Shown in pieces: positions 25,014-37,890 of a stretch of DNA of 64,000 bases; the stretch's first letter is position 1; each line of letters opens with the position of its first letter. The translations under genes and the position numbers were made by a program. The DNA is from Chiloscyllium plagiosum (Eukaryota), in contig NC_057714.1 of assembly GCF_004010195.1 (NCBI RefSeq), forward strand, positions 21,956,044-22,020,043, given 5' to 3'. The notes under the pieces were generated by a model. It was not told the DNA's origin. It ran no database searches and saw only the letters and a list, made by a program, of their open reading frames with translations.

Positions 25014-27062
25014 AGAACAAGGACAAAGAACAATGAAAATTTACAGCCTAGGAACAGGCCCTTTGGCCCTCCAAGCCTGTGCCAATCCAAATCCACTGTC
25101 TAAACCTATTGCCCAATTCCTAAGGATCTGTATCCCACTGCTCTCCCCCTACTCATGCATCTGTCCAGACACACCTTAGAGAATCCATCGTACCTGCCCC
25201 TACTACCTCTGCTGGCAACGTGTTCCAGATACCTACCACCCTCTCTGTAAAGTACATTCCACATGTATCCCCCTTAAACTTTTCTCCTCTCACCTTGAAC
25301 ACGTGACTTCTTGTTATTGAATCACTCACCCTGGGAAAAGCTTATCTCAATCCATCCTGTCTATACCCGTCATGATTTTGTAAACCTCAATCAGGTCCCC
25401 CATCAATCACCTTTTTTCTAATGCAAATAGCCCTAACTTACTCAATCTCTCTTCATAGCTAGCACCTTCCATACCAGGCAACATCCTCATAAACCTTCTC
25501 TGCACCGTGTCCAAAGCATCCATATCCTTTTGGTAATGTGGCGACGAGAACTGTACACAGTATTCCAAATGTGGCCAAACCAAAGACTTGCACAATTTTA
25601 ACATGACCTGCCAACGATTATACTCAATACCCCATCCGATGAAAGCAAGCATACCAAATGCCTTCTTGACCACTCTATCCACCTGGACAGCCATCTTCAG
25701 AGTACAATAGTCCTGAACTCCCAAATCTCTCTGCTCAACAACTTTTCTCAAGGCTCTTCTGTTTACTGTATAATTCGCTCTTGAATTAGACTTCCCAAAA
25801 TGCATCACTTTACATTTGCCTGGATTGAAGTCCATCTGCCACTTCTCTGTCCAACTCTCCAGTCTATCTATATACTCCTGTATTCTTTGACAGTGCCCTA
25901 TGTTTTCTGCTACTCCATCAATCTTTGTGTCATCTGCAAACTTACTAATCAGACCACCAATGCCCTCTTCCAGATCATTTATGTATATTACAAACAACAC
26001 TGACCCCTGTTGAACACCATTGGTCATCTTTCTCCTTTTCAAGAAACTCCCTTCAACTACCACTCTCTGTCTCCTGTTGCTCAACCAGTTCTTTATCCAC
26101 CTAGCTAGCACACCCTGCACACCGTGTGACTTCACTTTCTCCATTAGTTTACCATGGGGAACTTTATCAAACACCTTACTAAAGTCCATGTATATGACAT
26201 CTAAAGCCTTTCCTTCATCTATCAACTTGGTCACTTCCTCAAAGAACGCTATTAAATTGGTAAAGCAACATCTCCCCTGCACAAAACCATGTTGCCTATC
26301 ACTTCCAAATATAGATCCTATCCCTCAGTACCTTCTCCAGCAACCTTCCCACCATTGATGTCAGGCTCACTGGTCTGTAGTTACCTGCAATATCCCTACT
26401 ACTCTTCTTGAACAGGGAGACAACAGTACCAACTGTCCAGTCCTCTGGCACTTCACCTATGTTTAAGGATATTACAAAGATATCTGTCAGGGCCCCAGCT
26501 ATTTCCTCTCTCGCCTCCCTCAGCAACCTGGGATGGATCCCATCCAGTCCTGGAGATTTGTCCACCTTAATATCCTTTAGCTTACCCAACACATCCTCCC
26601 TCCTTATTGTCAGTGTGATCCAGAGTAAACAAACTTCTATCTCTAATCTCAACATTCATCATGTCCCTCTCCTCAGTGAACCCTGATGCAAAGTATTCAT
26701 TGAGAATCTCACCCATTTTTCTCTGGTTCGACATAAACCTTCCTTCCTTATCCTTTAGTGGACCAACCCTATTTCTAGTTACCCTCTTGCTTCCTGTAAA
26801 AGGCCTTCGGATTTTCTGTAACTTTGCTCACTAAAGTCATTTGATGACCCCTTTTAGCCCACTTGATTCCTCATTTAAGATTGGTCCTACTCTCCTGATA
26901 TTCCTCCAAGGCCCATCTGTTCTTAGCCACCTGGACCTTATGTATGCTTCCCTTTTCCTCTTGGCTAGTCGTACAATTTCTCCTGTCATCATGGTTCATG
27001 AATCTTGCCTTTCCTATCCTTTATTTTCAAAGGGACATGCCTATCCTGCACTATCTTTGATC
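25014..27062 (-). mobile_element. Younger CR1 LINE (ORF2 RT) nested in older CR1
   Basis: ORF 25407-26282 has [30 protein letters not shown] 26299-26655 has KSPGLDGIHPRLL...NYRPVSLTS. Tail is the same subfamily as 47905-51466. Confidence 0.93.
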
Positions 27063-28371
27063 TCCCAACATGATCTCCCAACTCCTATACTCAATGCTCT
27101 GACTAATAAAGGAAAGCATACCAAGTGCGTTCTTCACTAACCTATCTACCTGCGAAAGGAGTCATGAACCTGCACTCCAAGGTCTCATTGTTTACTGACA
27201 CTCCCTTGGACCTTCCCATTAAATGTATAAGTCCTGCGCTGATTTGTCTTTCCAGAATGCAGCACTTCACATTTATCTAAATTGGTTCATTCCCTGTATT
27301 CTTTAATATTAATGGAATGTTTGAAGTATCTTCCATCGTAAAGACTGATGCAAAATGTCTGTTTAATTCCTGCTGCTGTTTCCTTGGTCACCATACCATC
27401 ATCTCAGATTCATTTTCTAAGGTGTTTGTATTCACTTCAACATCTTCCTTTTTATATATTTAAAGAAGCTCTTATTGTCAGTTTTTATGATCCTTGCTAG
27501 ATTGCCATGTAGTCTTTTATTTGTTTCTTTATTACCTTTTTATTTCTCCCTTGCTGTAGTCTGAATTTATCCCTGTGTTCAGGGCTATCACTGACTTAAT
27601 ACAATCAACACAAAGATGAAAGTGATCCGTAATTATTGCTCGACTCTTTTTACATGCTCCTTTTTATTTGTTGGTTTATGCTTTGCTTGCAGAGAGGCGA
27701 CTATTTGGGAGTGTCTGTACACTACTCCCATCAATGACTTCTTTCCCATGGGTTTTTTAACTTCTGCCCAAATGCGTTATGCTAGACTAGATCATGTCTC
27801 ATAACTGTCCCTATTTAATCTCTCATTAACAGTTCTACCCCAGTATTTATTGCATCATTCCTGTCTCTCTGCAAGGTCAAATAATCCCAAATATAAAGTT
27901 CCCAGTTTTAGTCTCCTTGTAACCATAGTTCCGTATTGGCGATGAGATCATATTCATTTATCTCGATTTGTACTGTCCAAATCCTTCATACATTAAGATA
28001 CAAAGCCTTTAAGTTGGTTCTATGATTCAGTTTCCCCACACATTTATGATTTCTTGGTGCAAAATTACATTCGCACATTCTGTTCTTTCCTCTTATTTTC
28101 TGTTAAACTTCAGCCCCATCGCTAACCTACAATCCTCTCCTTCTTCTTTAGCTTTAATTCTATAATTTTACATGATACTGAACCTACCTTCCCTCTGTGT
28201 AGTTTAATGGCCTATCTACACCCGAGGTTACCAACGTCCACAGGACACTGGTGCCCGCATGATTCAAGTGGAGCCGATCCTATTGGCACATCTCCCTACT
28301 TCCCCAGTACAGCTGTCACCGATCTTTGAGCCACATCTTTACTTCTTTAATCTTTAATCACTCCCTTCCAT

Positions 28372-29515
28372 GAGATGGAAGTGGAGTAGCAGCACAACGC
28401 AGAGGCCTCTCAGCCCAGGACTCGTGACCTCTAAAATTCTGTCGGCTTTACACTTCTTTTTCTCTTTCTATGCTTCTTTTTAAAATGCTTCCATTTATTA
28501 TTGTGTCTTAACTTTTTTTAACAACTTTGACAGAAGGTGTCTTCTCCCAGCCCCGGCCCAATGACCAGGCAGCTTCCAATGACCTGGAATGGTGATATAG
28601 TCCTGGTGCCTGGTGGGACTATCTCCCGGTGGGTGTGATAGTATCCCAGTGGGCAGTACTGACCAGGCGAGTTAGTCTCAGCCTGGTCTGAGGGTCTGCC
28701 CGGTGTGGTGGTCCCTGCCCGGTGTGGAGGTCCCTGCCCGGTGTGGAGGTCCCTGCCCGGTGTGGAGGTCTCTGCCCGGTGTGGAGATCCCTGCCCGATG
28801 TGGAGGTCCCTGCCCGGTGTGGAGATCCCTGCCCGATGTGGAGGTCCCTGCCCGGTGTGGAGGTCCCTGCCCGGTGTGGAGGTCTCTGCCCGGTGTGGAG
28901 GTCCCTGCCCGGTGTGGAGGTCCCTGCCCGGTGTGGAGGTCTCTGCCCGGTGTGGAGGTCTCTGCCCGGTGTGGAGGTCCCTGCCCGGTGTGGAGGTCTC
29001 TGCCCGGTGTGGAGGTCTCTGCCCGGTGTGGAGGTCTCTGCCCGGTGTGGAGGTCTCTGCCCGGTGCGGAGATCTCTGCCCGGTGTGGAGGTCTCTGCCC
29101 GGTGCGGTTGTCTCTGCCCGGTGCGGTGGTCTCTGCCCGGTGTGAAGGTCTCTGCCCGGTGTGGAGGTCTCTGCCCGGTGTGGTTGTCTCTGCCCGGTGT
29201 GGAGGTCTCTGCCCGGTGCGATTGTCTCTGCCCGGTGCGGTGGTCTCTGCCCGGTGCGGTTGTCTCTGCCCGGTATGGAGGTCTTTGCCCAGTGTGGTGG
29301 TCTCCGCCAGCCCTGCATGCCAGGTTCGGTCTGGTTTTCCAGCATACCCTGTACCCAGGTGCTGTTTCTTGAACTGTGATGAACTTTGCTTTTCTTTTTA
29401 TTTCCGACTTCTGTCATTAATTTAAGCATCATGGTATGGTGACTTAAAAAAACTTTTCACTGTATGTTTTGTAAAAATACAGTGGATAATGAATTGTGTT
29501 TGTATTCTATTCTAA
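28372..29515 (+). mobile_element. Non-autonomous insertion with Rex/Babar-like 3' tail carrying a minisatellite
   Basis: Interrupts CR1 ORF1 homology. Ends aaaacttttcactgta...gataatgaattg...tattctattcta, similar to the tail at 42880-42955. Confidence 0.5.
28697..29305. repeat. 19 bp GC-rich minisatellite, ~32 copies
   Basis: Unit ctgcccggtgtggaggtc(c/t). Confidence 0.97.
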
Positions 29516-31499
29516 TCTATTGTTGACCCTGTGCCAATTTGCTCAGCACGTAATCCGGTGATTATTACTTTTTTGGTTCTGCTTTTCAAATTAAGCTCCT
29601 AGCTGTTCACATTCTCTCAGAAGAACTCTTTCTACCGATTTTGTTGGTACTTAGGTGGACCACTTCAACTAGGTCTTTCCCCTCTCCCTCAAAGTTCCTC
29701 CATGACCAGATAAGATATCCTGATTCTGGGCCCCAGGCAGGCAACAGAGATTTCGGGGCTCTCAGTCCTGGCCACAGAGAACAGTGTCTATTCCGCTGAT
29801 CATACTATCCCTAATTACAACTACATTCCTGTTTATTCACCCATTTGATGGGGTCCCTGTAATATGGTGCGATGGTCAATTCCCTACACTCCCCTGTCCT
29901 TCACACAATGAGCAAGAATGTGTGAGACATGCTCAATGGCTGAGACTCCTTCAGCACTACCTCCTGGATCTCTCTACCAGCCTTGCTGGTTGTTGCAGCT
30001 TCCTGTCTTTGACCACTGACCAAGTTTGAGGTAGTTAATCTAAGGGTGTGACTGCCTCTTGAAACACAGGGTCAAGGTAACACTCCCCCTCCCTGATGTG
30101 TCGCAGTGTTTGAAGCTCAGACTCCAGTTCATCAACTCTGAGTCGGAGTTTCTCAAACAATCGCAACTTGCTACAGATACGGTCACTATGGACTACGATG
30201 GGGTCCACCAGCTCCCACAGCACACAGTTACAACACATTGACTGGCACAGCATCTCTATTTTTTTGACTTCATTCTTAATATGTTCTTTATTTCAATTTC
30301 CAACTCTTTAGATTTTTAATCTGTGAAATATTTATCATGTTTACCTCTAATCCAAAAGTAACATAATAGAACTCATCTCCAAACACAAGGAACGACCTTT
30401 AGTTATTTGGCTGGAGGCAAGCTGTTAGTTAGATCGGGTATGGATTTGCTAGTAAATTAGCAGCCCTGGGGCAGGAACAGAGATAATAATTAACAAACCA
30501 GGACTCATTTTAGCAAAGATTATTATGGCTATAACCTTTATATTTCAAAACAATGGAAAGTACGGGCTTTTTGCATTTAAGGAGGCAGATAGAAAGCTGG
30601 AACCCAGAATATGGTAAAATTGGTTTTTGACTGGATGGAGTAGGCTTCCAGTGTTCATTAAGCCTCTTCACTTACATTGATCATCTCCATTCAAAACACA
30701 TCTGAACCATTTCTCAATAACCCTGAGCTGTTTTGCATTAGGCAGCTCCTGAAAGCTGCACTCATCCATGCAAATTTGGAAAGATTCAAGGATGAGCTCC
30801 TATAGCACTCTTTCGGTTTTTTCATTGGCATTATTATTGCTGGAGGCAGGTTCACTAGCCCATCCTTCCCTCCGTAATCTCCAACCCCATTAAAATTGTC
30901 TGGGTCTGACCAGAAACATTCATTGACATCAGAGGAATCAGCACCATTTTTCAGTCATCTGCCTCCGACTGGCTCCTGGAAGTGAAAATCGCACCCTTGC
31001 CCCTAATGTTTCAATTGTCTATAGAGCTGAGTCTGGTCAGTGGCGAAAAATTTATTTTGGTGACTTAAATGTTTGTGGGTAAGTTGGTTTCAGACATTGG
31101 TGTTCTGGTAAGCCTTCCTCTGGGCATAGAACATGACGAGTTAAAACAACTATTATATAAGATGATGGTTTTGAAAAGCTTAATGTTGGAGAGTGCATTG
31201 AGCTCCACCTAATCTAATGATGCGATACAGACATCACAATACCTCTTGGATAGGGAAAAGAGGAATCTAGTTCAAGATCCCAGAGGAGACAGATGTGTCA
31301 TTGTGTCTCCTGATAGTCTTTATTATTTTGTCCAATCTGCCAACATAACATGTACCCATTACTATCACATGAAAAATGGGACAACTGCCGTCATCTTCAT
31401 TAAGACTGATGGTTCATTCTTCACTAGTATAAACCAAACTCTTACACCAAGTAAAGAAAGGAAGATTGGTGGCAGTACTGCACCTCAACTATGAACTGG

Positions 31500-32670
31500 C
31501 AGGAAAGCGGTGAGTATTTATACTCACCCTTCGAAGCCGTCGGTCATTTCCAGTGCGAGCAGCAGCGAAGGTAAGACCGTTTGGTTTTAAAAGTACTTAC
31601 CGGTAGCGGGCAGCGGTGTTTTTTTTTCTCTTTCACTCTCTCTTCACAGAAAGAGCGGGAGCACCAGGGGGAAGTGACGACGACCAGAGGGGCAGCCGAG
31701 ACCCGGAAGCAGTTAGTGTAAGCTTACCTGGGTAGGTTTTTTCCCCCTTTAAAAGCGCGAAGGAGAGGAACCCGAGGCACTACACGGGTAGTGCCTCCCA
31801 CCCGCCCTCCTCCTCTAACCTAATAATAACATCTGTTGTGGTAAGTAGGTAAGTGCTGAATTTTGCTTGTTGTATTCTTTAGACCCAGTTTTTTTTAAAA
31901 TAAAAGTTAGCTTTAGAGGGATGGCAGTGAAGGCAGTGCAATGTTCCTCCTGCAACATGTATGAGGTGAGGGATGCCATCGACGTCCCTGCCGATTACAC
32001 TTGCAGGAAGTGCACCCATCTCCAGCTCCTCCAAGACCGTGTTAGGGAACTGGAGCTGGAGTTGGATGAACTTCGGATCATTCGGGAGGCAGAGGGGGTC
32101 ATAGATCAGAGTTATAGGGAAGTAGTAACTCCAAAGATGGCAGATAGATGGGTGACAGTGAGGGGGACTGGGAGGAAGCAGCCAGTGCAGGGACCCCCTG
32201 CGGCCGTTCCCCTCAAGAACAAGTATACCGTTTTGGATACTTGTGGGGGGGATAACTTACCAGGGGTAAGTAACGGGGCTCAGGTCTCTGGCACGGAGCC
32301 TGTCCCCGTTACTCAGAAGGGAAGGGTGAAGAAGATCAGAGCAGTAGTAATTGGGGATTCGATAGTTCGGGGCACAGATAGGCGGTTTTGTGGGAACGAG
32401 AGAGACTCACGTTTGGTATGTTGCCTCCCAGGTGCAAGGGTACGTGATGTCTCTGATCGTGTTTTCCGGGTCCTGGAGGGGGAGGGGGAGCAGCCCGAAG
32501 TCGTGGTCCATATTGGCACCAACGACATAGGTAGGAGGAGTGCCGAGGATGTTAGACAGGCTTTCAGGGAGCTAGGTTGGAAGCTCAGAGTTAGAACGAA
32601 CAGAGTTGTTGTCTCTGGTTTGTTACCCGTGCCACGTGATAGAGATTCAAGGAATAGGGAAAGAGAACAG
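31500..32670 (+). mobile_element. Young CR1 5' end only (5' UTR + ORF1), 3'-truncated
   Basis: CpG-rich 5' UTR followed by ORF1. Homology stops at ...NREREQ (32670). Confidence 0.85.
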
Positions 32671-32706
32671 ACTTGGTTATGTAATTCCTGCCTTCATTCC
32701 TGTTAG
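31921..32706 (+). CDS. CR1 ORF1p: zinc finger/leucine zipper + SGNH esterase domain (C-terminally truncated)
   Basis: MAVKAVQCSSCNMY...YTCRKC..LQLLQDRVRELELELDEL; VVIGDSIVRG, CCLPGARV, VVVHIGTNDI are GDSL/SGNH blocks I-III. The last ~11 codons read into flank. Confidence 0.85.
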   Translation: MAVKAVQCSSCNMYEVRDAIDVPADYTCRKCTHLQLLQDRVRELELELDELRIIREAEGVIDQSYREVVTPKMADRWVTVRGTGRKQPVQGPPAAVPLKNKYTVLDTCGGDNLPGVSNGAQVSGTEPVPVTQKGRVKKIRAVVIGDSIVRGTDRRFCGNERDSRLVCCLPGARVRDVSDRVFRVLEGEGEQPEVVVHIGTNDIGRRSAEDVRQAFRELGWKLRVRTNRVVVSGLLPVPRDRDSRNREREQTWLCNSCLHSC

Positions 32707-33615
32707 CAATATCTTTGACCAGAATGGGATATTGTGTGCAGTTACACTGTGTGCTCCTGACCTGACCAGCTCTATTTTGTGTCCATATCCTTCTGTCACA
32801 CCAATGCTGCCATGTCACCTCTGCTTTGCTAATCCATTCCTGAGGGTTGGAACTCCACTAAGTCTTCATAATGAAGATAATTCACAAAAGTATCCACAAA
32901 AATAGATGGCCATTAATCTGCTTCTCCAGATGGTCATGTTACATATACTTGACCAATCTCCTTTACAGACTGGTGACATGGTTCAGCAGAGGTTAGTTCT
33001 TCAAAAGATGCCATGATACCGTAGGATCTTTTATTCTGATCTGAGAAATTGATTATGTATCATACGTACAAAGATGATCTAAACAGTCACCAGCACTGAA
33101 CCTGCAGCTACAAATTATGAAGACATATCGCTGATTATTTTCACTGAAGTTAGTTACGAGGTGATCACCAATAACATAATAATTATGATGGTTATTTTGA
33201 TAAAGTCAATTAGTTTTGACCTTCTTGTTGTCATTTGTTGAAATAGAGTTTTCCAAGTTTAGATTTTATTCCATGAGATTTATTGTTTGTTGAGGTTTCT
33301 GCACAGCCTCCTACCTGCAAAATGTAGGCTTCACTTGATTCTGAGAGTTGGTTAGTTCCAAAGAAGCATAATCAACACAGGCCAGTGGAGAGAATCTCAT
33401 AAGCAATGGCAAAAGTGATTGCTTCCTTCAGAGGCTTGGCTACTTCCTGTTTTCATACTCTGTCTATGATCAAGTAACAGTCTGTCATCAAACACCGAGA
33501 GAGGACTAATCCCATTGACATCAGCATGACTGCTATAGACAGGAGAACTATATATACACCCTCAGGTGACAATGAAAGCATACTGTTGAATAAACACCAT
33601 AGTCTGACCATAGGA

Positions 33616-33749
33616 GCATGAGCCCTTCTTCAGGCTCATGCCCAAAACGTCGATTCTCCTGCTCCTTGGATGCTGCCTGACCTGCTGCGCTTTTCCAGCA
33701 ACACATTTTTCAGCTCTGATCTCCAGCATCTGCAGTCCTCACTTTCTCC
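33616..33749 (+). mobile_element. pLTR (family 1) with short 5' inversion through the hammerhead
   Basis: gcatgagcccttcttcagg (inverted) fused to ctcatgcccaaaacgtcgattctcctgctcc...gtcctcactttctcc. Confidence 0.8.
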
Positions 33750-34459
33750 AAATAGATAGAACTAACAGGTGATGGATCCATGACATTACTGTCATTTAGC
33801 TGATGTTTTTAACAGCTGTGATTGTGATTATCTGATATAAGGCCATACCCTCAGTCTTCTTTTGACTGAACTGGCAAAGTGTGCCTGTGCCAAATGCCAA
33901 TATTTCTGTTGTTGACTGTACTTTAGTGAAAGTGACCCCAGGGACCAGGTCTGCAATAATTACTCCAGCAAAGAAATCAGTTGATAGGCTGTCCATTTAA
34001 CAAAATAAAAACAGTATAATTTGGAAATCTCGAATGTGTGAAAACTTCTGACTTGCAATGACTTAAGTGTAGTTCAAATTGTGGTTCATTTTAAAAAGTA
34101 ATTGTGCCATCTTTTGCCAATTACCAACTAGAAACAGACGTGAGACACCAGAAAGCAGTCCTACGTCAGCAAGATGAACTTTTTACATTCTCAGATAAAC
34201 GTTCAGATCTCAACATCACATAAGTCTCATGAAAGAATAATGAGTTAAAACATGGAGCTGTAAGGAATACTATCTGAAAATGAAGGTACTGGTGGTAGTG
34301 GAGTTCTGTTTTAAAGGAGAGAAGATGAATCAGGCCAATATGGATGACATGGAAATGCTGCTGTTTCTTCCAGAAGTGAGGGAAATGTCAGGCAGAATCT
34401 CAAAGGGCACAGAGGACAGAATGTTACATTCCTAGAGTGCTGCTTGGCATGTGGCTGGG

Positions 34460-34585
34460 AATCCTGATGAAGGGCTTATGCCCGAAATGTCAATTCTCCC
34501 ACTCCTCGGATGCTGCCTGACCTGTGCTTTTCCAACGCCACACTCTTGACTCTGATCTCCAGCATCATCAGTCTTCACTTTCTCC
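34460..34585 (+). mobile_element. Solo pLTR (family 1) with hammerhead motif
   Basis: gaatcCTGATGAagggcttatgcccGAAAtGTCaattc...cactttctcc. Confidence 0.82.
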
Positions 34586-34896
34586 TGGGGAACTCACTGG
34601 AGTAAGGGCTGATCCCCATCAACTTTTTTGACATTTAAAACAGGGTCATTAAATACTTTTAAGGGAAAGGTGGGTAGATTCTTGTTCAGCTGGGATGGAA
34701 AGGTGGAATTTAAAACACGAACCGACTGGCACTGACCTAAGCACCGGAAATGACAACAGCAGACCCAGCCTTGTTCACATTGCAAAGTCCTCCTTACAAA
34801 TGGGGAGTAAAATTTAGGAAAGCTGTCTCAGAGACTAGTCAAGTAACAGCCTGACACAGTCATACTCACAGAACAAACCTTACAATGTCCCCATTG

Positions 34897-35997
34897 GAGG
34901 TATGGCATTGAGGGTGAGTTGGAGGTTTGGATTAGGAATTGGCTGGATGGAAGAAGACAGAGGGTAGTAGTTGATGGCAAATGTTCATCTTGGAGTGCCG
35001 TCACTAGCGGTGTTCCGCAAGGATCTGTTTTGGGACCATTGCTGTTTGTCATTTTTATAAATGACCTGGAAGAGGGGTTAGAAGGTTGGGTGAGCAAGTT
35101 TGCGGATGATACGAAAGTCTGAGGAGTTGTTGACAGTGAGGAAGGATGTGGCAGGTTACAGCGGGATATAGATAAGCTTTAGAACTGGGCAGAAAGGTGG
35201 CAAATGTAGTTCAATGTAGCTAAGTGTGAGGTGATTCACTTTGGGAAGAATAACAAAAAGATGGGGTACTGGGCTAATGGTCGGATACTTGGTAGTGTGG
35301 ATGAGCAGAGGGATCTTGGTGTCCATGTACACAAATCTTTGAAAGTTGCCACTCAGGTAAATAGTGCGGTGAGGAAGGCATATGGCGTACTGGCTTTTAT
35401 TGGTAGAGGGATTGAGTTCCGGAGTCCTGGGGTCATGTTGCAGTTGTATAAGACTCTGGTGCGGCTGCATCTGGAGTATTGTGTGCAGTTTTTGTCGCCA
35501 TACTATAGGAAGGATGTGGAGGCACTGGAACGGGTGCAGAGGAGGTTTACCAGGATGTTGCCTGGTATGGAAGGAAGATCGTATGAGGAAAGACTGAGAC
35601 ACTTGGGGCTGTTTTCATTAGAGAAAAGAAGGTTTAGGGGTGACTTGATTGAGGTGTACAAGATGATTAGGGGGTTAGATAGGGTTGACAGTGTGAACCT
35701 TTTCCCGCGTATGGAGTCGGGTATTACAAGGGGGCATAGCTTTAAATTAAGCGGGGGTTGATATAGGACTGAAGTTAGGGGTAGGTTCTTCACTCAGCGA
35801 GTCGTAAGTTCATGGAATGCCCTGCCAGTAGCAGTGGTGGACTCTCCCTCTTTATGGGCATTTAAGCGGGCATTGGATAGGTATATGGAGGATAGTGGGT
35901 TAGTATAGGTTAGGTGGGCTTGGATCGGCGCAACATCGAGGGCCAAAGGGCCTGTACTGCGCTGTATTCTTCTATGTTCTATGTTCTCTGTTCTATG
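34897..35997 (+). mobile_element. Young 5'-truncated CR1 LINE
   Basis: [21 protein letters not shown]...[11 protein letters not shown] 35231-35761. (ttctatg)n tail. Confidence 0.95.
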
Positions 35998-36994
35998 GCA
36001 ATGGTTGGTTCTGCAGCACATATGATAACAAGCTGAGGTCACACACAGCAGGGAAAGCTGCTAAAGAAGGTTGAAAAAGTCTCAGTAGGAGGCCACGTTA
36101 ATACTGGTTATTGTGGAGCATAGTGGAAAAGATTGCAGGAGTGCTGTGACAATGAGCAATGCTGTATTCACACTGTATTTATGAGCATGATACAGAGGTG
36201 AGATTGCTGCTCCTTATGTTAAAATAACTGATGCTATGTTATTGAAGAATGCACAGATGCGCTAATGGAGGTTGCTACCTGACATCTGCATGACCATTGA
36301 CATTGAGTACAGGCTGCCTGGTAAGCTTTCCAATGCAAGAAATATTGGGTGTCCATGGTCATCATATTACTTTTGTAGCTGAGCTTTTCAAAGTCATCAG
36401 AAATGCTGCTTGACCTTTCCTATGTTGGCATGGCACCTGCATCATTCATGGCTTTGTTGCAGTTTACTTGTACCCTATGTATGACCATACACAGATACCA
36501 TCTCTATGCTGTATAATATGGATGGTGTCAGGTTCTAAGCCAATGGCTGTGACCTTGAAATTGAACAATGGTGCATCTTTATCTTCAATGTCTTCTTCCA
36601 CCTCCTGTATTTTCTGGGATGCTCTTTGTTATCACATAGGAAAACGGAAAGGATAAAGTTGTAGCAGAGAGATAGAGGCAAAGAGAATGCTTATGCTTAC
36701 ATAATCAGCAGCTTCTCAGTCTGCACAGAAGGTAGGATAAGGAAGAAGTTAATTATGAGAAGAAGGATTAGGTAATGTACATACCCTTACCTTTAATCGC
36801 TTCTGTCCGGGTGTTGACCAGGAACTTGACAATGGGTCCTGCTCTTCATGGGCAGTATTGTTCAGTACACGGGTGCTAAATATGAAAGTATACCTCTCCC
36901 CATTCTAATTAACCCTGGTTGTGTACCACCTTGTGTACGAGAGAGAGCGTTTTGTCAATAGGTGTTGTGCAACCTGTTTTAGTGATGATTATGT

Positions 36995-37890
36995 CATAGA
37001 GTCATAGAGATATACAGCACAGTAACAGAACCGTCAGTCCAACCTGTCCATGCCAACCAGATATTCCAACCCAAATTAGACCCACCTGCCAGCACCCGGC
37101 CCATATTCCCTCCAAACCCTTTCTCTTCATATACCCATTCAAATGCCTTTTAAATGTTGCAACTGTACTAGCCTCCACCACTTCCTCTGGCAGCTCATGC
37201 CACACGCATACCACCCCCTGCGTGAAAATGTTGCCCCATAGGTCTCTTTTATATCTTTCCCCTCTCACCTTAAACCTATACCCTCTAGTTCTGGACTCCC
37301 CCACCCCAGAGAAAAGACATATTTATCCTATCCATGCGCCTCATGCTTTTATAAACCTCTGTAAGGTCACCCCTCAGCCTCCAACGCTCCGGGGGAAAAC
37401 AGCCCCAGCCTCTTCAGCCTCTCCCTATAGCACAAATTCTCCAACCCTGGCAACATCCTTGTAAATTTTTTCTGAACCCTTTAAAGCTTCACCACATCCT
37501 CCCAATAAGAAGGAGATCAGTTTTGCATGCAATGTTCCAAAAGTGGCCTAACCAATATCCTGTACAGCTACAACATGTCCTCCCAACCTCTGTACTCAAT
37601 ACTCTGACCGATAAAGGAAAGCATACCAAACGCCGTCTTCACTATCCTATCTACCTGTGGCTCAATTTTCAAGGAGCTATGAACCTGCACTCCAAGGTCT
37701 CTTTGTTCAGCAACACTCCCTAGGACCTTACCATTAAGTGTATAAGTCCTGCTAAGATTTGCTTTCCCAAAATGCAACACCTCACATTTATCTAAATTAA
37801 ACTCAATCTGCCACTCCTCAGCCCATTGGCCCATCTGATCAGGATCTCGTAATCTGAGGTAACCCTCTTCGCTGTCCACAACACCTCCAA
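36995..37890 (-). mobile_element. 5'-truncated CR1 LINE with candidate TSD atgtcat
   Basis: RT/C-terminal ORFs 37568-37921 and 37002-37304. atgtcat at 36991-36997 and 37890-37896. Confidence 0.92.

Larger units (their letters stand above)
24245..30255 (-). mobile_element. Old, internally deleted CR1 running from ORF1 to the 3' tail, interrupted by nested insertions
   Basis: ORF1 N-terminus MLCQSMCCNCVLWEL...ICSKLRLFEKLRLRVDELESELQTLRHIREGE (30035-30253), esterase/endonuclease remnants at 27290-28370 and 29515-30030, RT end and tail at 24245-25013. Confidence 0.7.

Noticed and set aside
25407-26282. Functional reverse transcriptase gene
   Set aside because: CR1 ORF2 fragment with a deletion in the QGSVLGP motif, flanking frameshifts and no endonuclease.
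28697-29305. CRISPR-like array
   Set aside because: Units are head-to-tail without unique spacers, the context is eukaryotic, and there are no cas genes. The same applies to 18640-19028 and 56640-57115.
28518-29432. Long ORFs of 304, 240 and 216 aa in several frames
   Set aside because: They are translations of a stop-free 19 bp minisatellite, open on both strands, with no gene structure.
34455-34592. TSD ctgggaa/ctggggaa around the solo pLTR
   Set aside because: Short and imperfect, so it could be chance.
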